Below the pieces are notes generated by a model that worked only from the letters and a program-made list of their open reading frames with translations, was not told the DNA's origin and did not search any database. The position numbers and the translations under genes were made by a program. A DNA stretch of 57,336 nucleotides, filler included, from Porpidia crustulata (lineage: Eukaryota), in the NCBI GenBank assembly GCA_964255105.1. It is 6 parts of 6 records of this genome, joined end to end, with 100 filler letters (N's around TTAATTAATTAA, not from the genome) between each part and the next. Parts side by side here need not be neighbours in the genome. Positions count along the whole stretch, not along the records: positions 47,887 to 57,336 come from CAXUWE010000945.1; 5 more parts are not named here. One strand, written 5' to 3'. How positions within the stretch are numbered: the first letter of the stretch is position 1; every line of letters starts with the position of its first letter. Positions 47,887 through 57,336 of the stretch are shown in pieces.

Positions 47887-50800
47887 GAGGAATAGCAGGG
47901 TCCGGAGATCAATGGGGTTGAAGCGTAGCTGGAAGGAAATAATGGAGTTCAGCGGGTTTGGTGGAAAAGCCCGATTGGGTAGACAGCTGACAGATGTCAA
48001 ACAAGAATTAGTATGTTAATAGTAAGCAGTCCTCGGAAGATCAGGAATCATCGGAAGCGTTGTGAAGATGACAATTTGAATCTCTAGGCTTCCAAGCCGG
48101 AGAAGTTGTCCCGGGACTGCCGCTACGGCGCGCGACTACGCCATCCACACGCAATCAGCGTATTACCCTAACCCTTAATCGTTATACTATCTTTCTCCCT
48201 TCCGGCGTACAGTTTCAGCCTCTTGATCGTACTGTCTCAGCATTCAAATCAGGAAGGCTTTTGCGATTGCTACCCTACTCCACTTTAGAACGCCGAAAGC
48301 ATGCCGTGGGGGTACACCGACGTCGACTGTCAGCTCTGCAGCAACTGGAAACCATGGCGTAAAGCCGCTCTTCGCATCCAATCGCCAAATCCTTCTCTGG
48401 GCGCGGGACTTTACCCATGACTGCCGGTCATGTAACTACCTTTCCGCAAAATACAAGCTACAAGCTTGCCTGTCTGATCCCTTGACTAGAACACTATCGG
48501 TGAGTCTGCAGATCCCATATTGCTCACCTGTTCTTCTTGAAGATGACCCTCATTCGTGGTAAGGTTGACTGTCATCCACCCTGTCACGTTCCCCGGCGCT
48601 ATCGGACAACGAGAAATTTTGGAAGATTCCTTCTAATACGCGCATATTGTGACATAGTCAGCATCTATATGAAGGATTCGCGGGAACAAATAACATGCTT
48701 GATATGGCAAAAGAAGGGCAAAAAGTGGAGAGCGATTTGTGATATAATGATTAATGACGCATTGGGGCTTGGGAGAATAGTCAGTAGTATACTAATCACA
48801 GATGTAATCATAGACAATAATCCTAGATTATATTTGTTCTTATTGGTGACTCAGTTTTATGAGATAGGTTAGAAAGGTGACGGTATCGTTGAATCCACAT
48901 TCAGCGTTTGCTATCTTACTTCCATTTCTTGCCTTATCATTTCCCTAGAAGAGCGGCTGGGACAACCACCATCATGGTTATGGTTCCAATTCCACGTGGC
49001 CGCCACGACGATACTGCAGTCGTTCCTGACCAACGGAGGGGGCGGTGCGATATTGCTGCAGCTGACACTGCATTACCGCACAGCCAGTCTCGGTACTTCA
49101 TGCTTCCTTCTGTAGCTTCGGGTTGTCGGGCGGACCGGAGAGCAAGAGATAGATCAACGCATAACTTGCCTATCATGGCTTCACAGCGTGATAGCTTCAT
49201 GTCGTTCTTCCAGTCCGTCTGCGTGCACGTACATACGTAAACTTTCATGTTGTTCCTTGTGTCACTGTGATATGGATGCATTCTTGAAACTGATGTATCG
49301 CACAAGGATGTAGTAATGCAATGTGAAACCAATTCTGTGTATCGTGTAAGACATGTGTTTTTCTTAATCACTTCTGAGATCTCAGATATGATCTTCAACA
49401 ACCTCATCGTACGCCATCAACCAAGACAGTGTTCGGACGGCAGCACGGTACGGAGTGAGTAGGCACATACGGGGGTAAGGGATCTCTGAGACTGAGATTG
49501 ATCGTTCTGGTTTCAAAGCGTCGGAACGCTTTCCGACGGGGACACGGCAGGAGCAGCCACTGGAGTTTCTGTTAGGGTTATGGGATCATCCATGATGGAG
49601 GGGGTTGTGAGATGGATCACAAAAGTACTGTGGCTTTGGTGGCTTTACTTTCTTAATTTCATATCTTCCCTGTCTTCGCATCAGCGCAAAACCGCGAGTA
49701 TGTTACTACGGTTTATATTACTGCTACCTAGGTACCTGAGCTATCATACTAGCACGATTAAGATCCTCCTGTGTCAGTTGGCTTGAGCTGCTTACAAGTC
49801 TTGGTCCTGTGCGGACGGTCAATTGCGGCGCATGACCTATATCCGCCTGGCTAGCATCAATCACATTATCGATAGGCTCTGCTTGAAGCCATTGATGTGC
49901 TCATCTTTGTTTGTGACACCGAATGATGGATTGGTCGAAAAGCAGATCGCAAGGATTTCCATGAATAATTGTTCCGCGGATAACGACCCTGCGGGATGCC
50001 TGATTTGAGGCGGAAGCGTGGCGACGAATTGAACTAGTCACCGATGCCAAACCCGTTGTCGTATGCTATAGGATATTGCTCCTAATCAGCCGAACAATTT
50101 TCGATCAATAAGGAACATTCTATCCGTGTAAGCACACAACCAAATCGGTGTCTTTCGTTCGCTACATCGGGATTTGAATGCTGTCTCTGAAAGTCACTAT
50201 TTCGCTACATTCGTCAGTGCATATTGCGGTTAAATCAGCAGCATCACATGTTCAACTTATATTCAAAGTAGCGGTCCATACGTATTTGGATAGGAATTGC
50301 GTTCAACGTAGTAACAGTAAATTCAGCTCAAAATACTGACGAGTCTACATTAAAACTCAAGATATTGCGGCCGATGAAAGAGCAGTGTATCTAAAGCTGT
50401 GCTCGAAGTAACGACTCATCCGTTCAGGAAATTCCGAATGCCTTCGGTTGACTCTCCTGCTTGCCAAAAACGTAATGGCATACGGCGATGGGTTTGGCAT
50501 CTATGACTAGCGCTGGGTTTTGACAAGATCTATTATCGTAAGCTGAAGCTTTAATCAAGTAGGTGGTAGTCTACGGAGTCGTACAGTGGATAGGTAGCCA
50601 GATAGCTCACCGCGGATGGTTTCCCGTACCCGAGACAGAACTCTTTTATTTCTAGTGGGCTTCTAGCAGCTTCCCAAGTCCCAACACGATGGGAGCTTTC
50701 TCGCTATGCAATCTTGGGGAAGTCCGCAAGTGACAGGGATAAGCTGGTGGAATCATACATAGTAGTATTAATTATAAATCTAAATAGACTTACGTATCGT

Positions 50801-52587
50801 GTATGATATACCACTAATTTGCGCATCTCGCGAATTTGATATTTGAGGCAGATGACGAGACAAGAACCAAAACAAGGCAGCATAGTGCAGGGCACAGTGC
50901 CCTCATAATTAAAATGATCTGACCGCAACGCTCGGCACAGCTGAGATGAGAGTATGGCAAGCGGTAACTTGATAGCTTAGGCGTTGTGATTGCGATCACT
51001 CAGCCACGCATCAGATTGGTGATGGAAAAATTAAGGAGTCATAAATATGACCACTGCAGTTCCAACGTGTGACTGGTCGATAACCTACTCCTGTGTCTGG
51101 GGATCCAATCAACCGGAGATCGATGATACCGCCCAGACCCTCCCAGACATCCGGTCATGATGTGGATTCAAGAACCCGACTTGTTTGTGTAGTAGTAGCT
51201 GTAAGATTGTTAGAAACAATTTACATCGTAGTGAAAAATCAAACATTTATTCTGATTTAATGATGCTGATTTTCATAGGCTTACCGAGCAGATGGATTAC
51301 ATCCGACTGACTACCAATGGGCGTACTTGCTAGGGTACGACAGGTAGGCAGCTAACAGCTTGGATGTACGATGATCGACGTTTAATCAGCCAAGCCATGC
51401 TGTTGCTGGGATCTGACTGAAGCCGTCTGACCTGGAGAGTAAAGTGGCTTTGGTTGGGTGCTGCAAGCTGCAGGTACACGCACGAGGTTGTTAGGGCTTT
51501 CAGGGGATAGACTTCCATACATGATACATCGATGCCCTAAGACAGACTAAGACGATCCCGAAAAGTTCTTCTTTGCGACCCGCCATACGATCCCAAATTC
51601 CCAATCAAAGGCCCAGGCATCTGCCTGCTCTACCCTGCCGACTAATCCGTTATGGGGAGCTTTAGTGTTGGTTCAGGCTCTTGAAACGTCTTTCATCCTG
51701 GTCCGGCACACCCTCCTCCATGTGGAATTACTGCTGGAAGGATGGTGCAGAGGAGAGTCAGAGTCCAGCAGGACGGAACTGCGTCCTGCGTCATCGTATC
51801 ATATTATTTATTTCCACTCCGGAACGGACCACACGAGATAATAACCGCCGGTGACAAAGGGATATGGTAGTGTACGGTGGTAACGTAAACTATAGCAGCG
51901 TTCATAATCAGAGTAATCTAATAATTCAGACGGCAAGACTGAAAATAAAATAAAAATGGTCTCGGCTGTTCAAGGGGTACCGGCATGCCATCTACATAAT
52001 TATATCGATCCCGTCGGATACGTTCACAATTTTTTTTTGGTAATTTTCCTTCCTTGCATGATATGTGTCTCGTTGCTGGCAATAGGTCCCATTCTTTCCT
52101 GCTCCACCCAAACTTCCATCCATATATCAGACCAGCTGCTCAGTCTGTAAACCTAAAGGCTTACTGCGCATCTCCTTACCAGGCTTGATTCGATTGCCTC
52201 GAAACGGATAATTTTGCCGCTGAATCTGCCTCGACACCATACCGTATCCTGCATACCTCAGGATCCTAAGCAATTCTCCACCGCAAATCCTTAGATTCCT
52301 AATAGAAGGCATAGTCGTATTCAGCAGCGAATCTCACCTGCAGCTGCACAACCTCGGAAAGCTCTGTCACCATCGCAGCTCAGCTGGAATTACGTGAACG
52401 TTGCGTTCTGGACACAGCCCTAATCTATTTGTGAGTCAGTCAGCGCGGCGCTATCCATCGTTGTGATTATTATATATCTCCCGCCCATCCATGTTCATCC
52501 CAACTTCCTTTGGTAGAACAGCTACTGACCATCGACCTAAGTCCTTCCGAAGCTTTTATGATACTCCGAGAGACCACACTTGCAAAC

Positions 52588-52650
52588 ATGGGACGCGGCG
52601 CATACGACACCACTGGAGTACCAAAACCCCAACCACCCAAACCTCGATAA
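52588..52650 (+). CDS. Candidate 20-aa micropeptide MGRGAYDTTGVPKPQPPKPR
   Basis: ATG in a strong Kozak context (GCAAACATGG), stop TAA at 52648-52650, and intron-like signals on both sides (52431-52541, 52794-52848). Confidence 0.35.
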   Translation: MGRGAYDTTGVPKPQPPKPR

Positions 52651-53819
52651 ATCTCATGGGCTCCAAGGATTCCCCGAAATCACTGCTCACAACTTGTCGC
52701 CGCATCAAGCTCTGGCGACTGCCTGCTGCCTCGCTCAAAGGAGGACAGTGGCTGTGGTGGTCCTTGGAAGACGGATGGATGACTCCCCGCTATGTACGTA
52801 CTATTTCATGCAGTCTATAATTACACCTTGCTAACGACATCCTGGCAGACGTCTTATTCATCCGCTCCACTCGCCCTTGACTTCCAATGTGCGCCGCGCA
52901 ACTTTTAATTTCTCGACGTCCACCGTGTTCACTACGACTCCTTCATCGCCAAATAGACTGTACCACCACCCTTGTCCACATTGTAGCACCAGCAAGATTT
53001 GCGACGTCCAGCGAATTACCCCCATGGAGCGAATTTCTAGGATTTCGACATCATACAGCATTTTCATATTTCCTTGCAACGAATTTCCTTGCATCGGTAC
53101 TTTTAAAAGTCTTTTCGGAGTTCGAATAGACCACGCGGGTTGGAATTCTGGGAGATACACAAAATAGATTATTCAGACTTCACAGTCATTTGAGAAGAGG
53201 GGAATGTTTGTACAACACCACTACTTTGTTTCCTTTGTGGGTTCCTGGGCATGGCTTTTTCTCACAGCGCTTGTTCTCGGCTTTGCTGGGTGCATAGGAA
53301 CAATTGAGGAGAAGCAAGCAGGGCGGGACCCGGGGATTCGGCTAGAGTCGGATTTAACAGTTTCGCGCTCTTAGCTCACATGCATAGATAGAATTCGATT
53401 TCTACTTTCACCCTTTCTTTCTCCGAGTGTGACTCAGTCGATTTGATGTCTGACTGTTAGTTTGCTTAACAGTTGAGACGGAACATGTAGGTTGATTGGC
53501 TTGCCCGGAAAACCCACACATCGCAAGACGGAGGCGAATCGATGCGAGATACGTGTGCAGCCGCCTGGTGTACTTTGTACCTATTGATGTTTTAAGAAAG
53601 TAGCGCTAACCCAGATTTGGCTAAATCGTCATGAGTGAACATCCAACCACTATCGTAAGGCAATCAGGGAAAACAACACCCACTTGAATGCTCATAAATA
53701 CACCTACTTGATTTGCAGCTTTTCAGAATAGGACTGGAGAGCCTTGCAGCTATCTAAGCTCACCGACTGGAGACTGGCAGTTCTCTTGGGCCGGAAATAG
53801 CTCGGATTCTCTCGACATT

Positions 53820-54684
53820 ATGGCCGACCCTACAGCTGCGACACCGAAGCCGAGCAGTAGTGTCAAGCTTGTCCTACTCGGCGAGGCAGCGGTAGGAAAG
53901 GTAATCCACGACCCTGCTTATCGAGATTGGACCGATAGACTGATGGTTGGCGGTGTGCAGTCTTCCCTAGTCCTCCGCTTCGTCAACAACGACTTCCAAG
54001 AAAATAAAGAACCCACGATCGGTGGTATGTCAAAGACCCTCACCGCACGCCTTCGACATATTCCATTCTAAGCCTTGCACAGCTGCCTTCCTGACTCAAA
54101 AATGCAATCTACCACATCGTACGATTAAATTCGAGATCTGGGATACCGCCGGTCAGGAGCGATTTGCCTCATTAGCACCGATGTATTATCGCAATGCACA
54201 ATCTGCCTTGGTCGTCTATGATCTTACCAAACCCACCAGCCTGATCAAGGCCCGTCACTGGGTCGCCGAACTCCAGCGGCAAGCAAGTCCTGGGATTGTG
54301 ATTGCGCTAGTTGGGAACAAGCTCGATTTGACGAATGAGGATAGCTTGGAGGAGACTACTACCGCTCATGGCGAGAATGAGGGCGCAGAGAACGGCGGAG
54401 AAACCGAGGGAGATGGTGATGCGAGAAAAGTGAGCACGAAGGAGGGAAAAGAATATGCGGAGGAAGAAGGACTATTGTTTTTCGAGACAAGTGCCAAGAC
54501 TGGAGTAAATGTGCAGGAAGTTTTCACAGCGATAGCAAACGCAATACCAGAAACGCAAATGAAGTCTTCCAGGGGTCCGGGTGCAACGAGTCAAGGTCAG
54601 ACTGCGTTGGGAGCAGGCGCGGAAAGGGTGAACCTTGCTGGAACACGGGGCGAAAGCGGAGCAAAAGACGGATGTGCTTGTTAG
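53820..54684 (+). CDS. vps21: Rab5-family GTPase Vps21/Ypt51, 3 exons
   Basis: [56 protein letters not shown] and a C-terminal CAC prenylation motif. Introns at about 53901-53960 and 54025-54081. Confidence 0.95.
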
Positions 54685-55049
54685 CAGGCGGCAATATCGA
54701 GTATTTCTCGACTTGATTTACTGGACTCTAGGTGTTATGGAGTTCACATACAGCCCTGCCCTGGTTTGTGTAAGAACGTTCTAACTTGTATTATTCTGAA
54801 CTGTTCATTAAGCTAAGTCACCATAACGGGTCAGCTTGCAACTGCATAAAGTTCTTAATTGTCAAATTTATTAATGTTGAAAGACCTAATCTTATCCAGT
54901 GTGATGTAAGAAACTTCCGATTCCCAACGCTCCGCAAAAATACCTTACTTCAAGATCACGAGAAGAGGATGGTGAAGCACAGAGGTAGCCCCTAGATGAG
55001 CTCCTTCCCTTAAGCTCCAAACTGTCAATGCCAGTCAAGTCTATTCTCA

Positions 55050-56460
55050 TACTAATACACTTCTACTCATCAGCCCGCACAATTTTCAGTAAGTTGCTTA
55101 GAGTTGTAATCCTATTATGCCCACCTCAGTGAATCTATCATTTGTAGTACAGTACCTTACAATTTAGCACATCATTGCGAGGACGGATAGGGCGGTTTTT
55201 AGCACTCCAGCAACGAATAGCAGCTGCTCCAGAAGGTTAAGCGGTAAACGAAAGAGGTATGATTCAAATTTCTATCAAAGACACATACTGCTAATACGCT
55301 TGAACAGTCATACCACTCGGATCATGGAGTCTTTAACCTCCACCGCAAAGGATACCTCCGCCTCTGCTCAATCTCGTCAAGTCCCCAGAGTATTTGACAT
55401 TCTATCTTCACTGCCATTTTAATTGGCAGTTTGGGTCTCAAATCCCCTAGAGCCGGTATATCTCATCTCTGCCAGAAAAGTATGGTGATCTCAATTTTCA
55501 TTCATAGAATCGTTACTTCTCAGCTTACAAGACGGCGGACCTTGAACTTTCTTCTAATGTAACCTGGATTCAGTCACATTGCACATCGGCAACGTTTTTG
55601 GCAAGCTTACTGACACGGAAATTGCAAGTTTCGACGGCTCGTAATCGCCTACAGTCGTCTACTGAATCCCTCCGCGCGGCGATGTGCTATCGTTCAAGAA
55701 CACCGAGAACGGAGCTACTCCTTTATGGGCGGGCAACTCCACCGCAGTACTTGATGACTACTTCATGGGTAGGATTACCTGGAGCAAGGGTAACGATATT
55801 TGTGTCCTTTCCTTAGTAAGTGGACGAGATGCTTGCTACCATGCCGTATTTGGTGTCTGACGACTAAGAAGATCGTGTAGCTCTATATCATCTACTCAAG
55901 CGATGTCTGTCTCCGCCACCCCTGCCACCATAGATGGTGACCCACGGCTGAGCATTCGCGAGGATAAAGGGCAACTACCTACCGCCATTATGAATATATT
56001 TGACGATGGAACGCATCATTTCTCCAATGGTAAATTCCACAGGCTCAAAATTATTTGGTAGTATCCGTCTCAGCAGACAGTCAGACGCCGTGATGACCAG
56101 CAAATAGTATTTCTACACAGTTGAATCATGTATTTGGCGTACGACAGACAGAAGGATGCTACACCAATCTTCATCCAAGATCTGACCTCGGCGGCACCTG
56201 CGAGGGAAGCGGAGCTGTCGCAATTATGCCATACTCCAGATCAACCAGCAGGAATCAACAGTGATCATTCATGATTTCTGAACGAGGAGCTTTACAGAGT
56301 AGCGCTGATCGTCGATGACACGTTCGTGATGCACATTTGATATAACCAGATCAATGCCTGGAAGTTTGATGAGGACGTTTCCTTGGTCATCGAAGAAGTC
56401 GAATATGGCCAACATATTTAGAAGCGCGGATAAGACAAGACGCGAAGTTCGTAGAAATCA
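55050..56460 (+). pseudogene. Possible degenerate multi-exon gene relic (unassigned)
   Basis: Several intron-like GT..CTRAY..YAG segments and protein-like pieces (RGDVLSFKNTENGATPLWAG; LIVDDTFVMHI*YNQINAWKFDE) interrupted by stops. Confidence 0.3.
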
Positions 56461-57336
56461 AAAGAATCGTCATCAAGGTCCAAACTCATCAACCCTCGTC
56501 ACTCCAGCTTCATCCATGTCTTTGTCCCCGACCCGTCGACGCAGACTTACAAGGTTCCAGAATCAGAATCAGATTCCAGGAAGGAGAGGAAGTGGGGCTT
56601 TTTTTTTATTTACAGAAGAGGAGGAAGCCCTCGCTGGGGACGACTGTTACGACGGTAATGAGGATCAAGCTTCTAGCAATGTATAGACCAACGTTCTGGT
56701 GTGCGTCGCTGCATCTGCAACGGAATAGTCATATTCATGGGCCGGTTCTTGTAAATGTAGATGATTATCTATACGTGTCCTTGATGTGGATCTCGATCGA
56801 TATCATGGGCAATCTTGCAATGAAAATGACCTGGAAGTGCAGTAACTCGCCATCTGGTACCACGTCGGCTCAAGTTCACGAATAGGATAGCAAGATGGCA
56901 TTATCAGTTGCAATATCGCTTATCTCTGTGAATGGGACGGGATAGGATAATGTGGCTGGTCAGACCCAAAACGGAGGAGTAGAAATTTGGTAACGTCGAT
57001 ATTGACCCTGATAATGTGGTTTAAAAAGTGTTGGCTCCACGTATGTTGGCTGAAACTAAGGTCAATCCAAGGGTTGGTGTCTAGGTTTTTGCTACGTATC
57101 TATCGGAAATCTCGAAATTACAGGAGTGAAGGTAACACCCAACATCAATGTTCTTGGAACAATGTTTCAAGTCGTGAATAATGAGTTTGCATCACGGTCG
57201 ACTCGCTAATGTCTTATCATCACAAATCCTTTCACCGCTTCCTTCCTTCCTCCACTCCAATATTTTCCGTTACACCAGCACCTTCCACATCCACAACAAC
57301 CGAATCCAAAACCGAAAACACCCCTCTTCATTCTCC

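Noticed and set aside
47887..52400. Many 60-150 aa ORFs in contig 6, and antisense ORFs over real genes elsewhere
   Set aside because: No recognisable motifs, codon bias or consistent splice structure. Treated as spurious or unidentifiable relics.

Overview
Eukaryotic DNA from a filamentous ascomycete (Pezizomycotina-type genes with GT-AG introns). The window is not one locus. It is six contigs (1-9488, 9589-19072, 19173-28652, 28753-38230, 38331-47786, 47887-57336; lengths 9488/9484/9480/9478/9456/9450, decreasing) joined by 100-nt N-TTAATTAATTAA-N spacers, so gene neighbourhood holds only within a contig. Contigs 1, 2 and 6 carry mostly housekeeping genes: ABC1/UbiB kinase, PalI, HAD hydrolase, a Num1/ApsA-type PH protein and the Rab5 Vps21. 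Contig 3 is an MFS + Zn2Cys6 + FAD monooxygenase + laccase cluster, with a solo LTR and Gal4-type CGG-N11-CCG repeats. Contig 4 is a decaying HR-PKS cluster flanked by transposon relics. Contig 5 holds the main finding, a candidate fungal RiPP (dikaritin-like) locus. A two-exon 86-aa secreted precursor with three acidic-flanked IVYP repeats and no Kex2 KR sites between them is transcribed divergently from an intact four-exon DUF3328/UstYa oxidase (two HxxHC motifs). An intact O-methyltransferase, a multicopper oxidase and an SDR pseudogene lie alongside.
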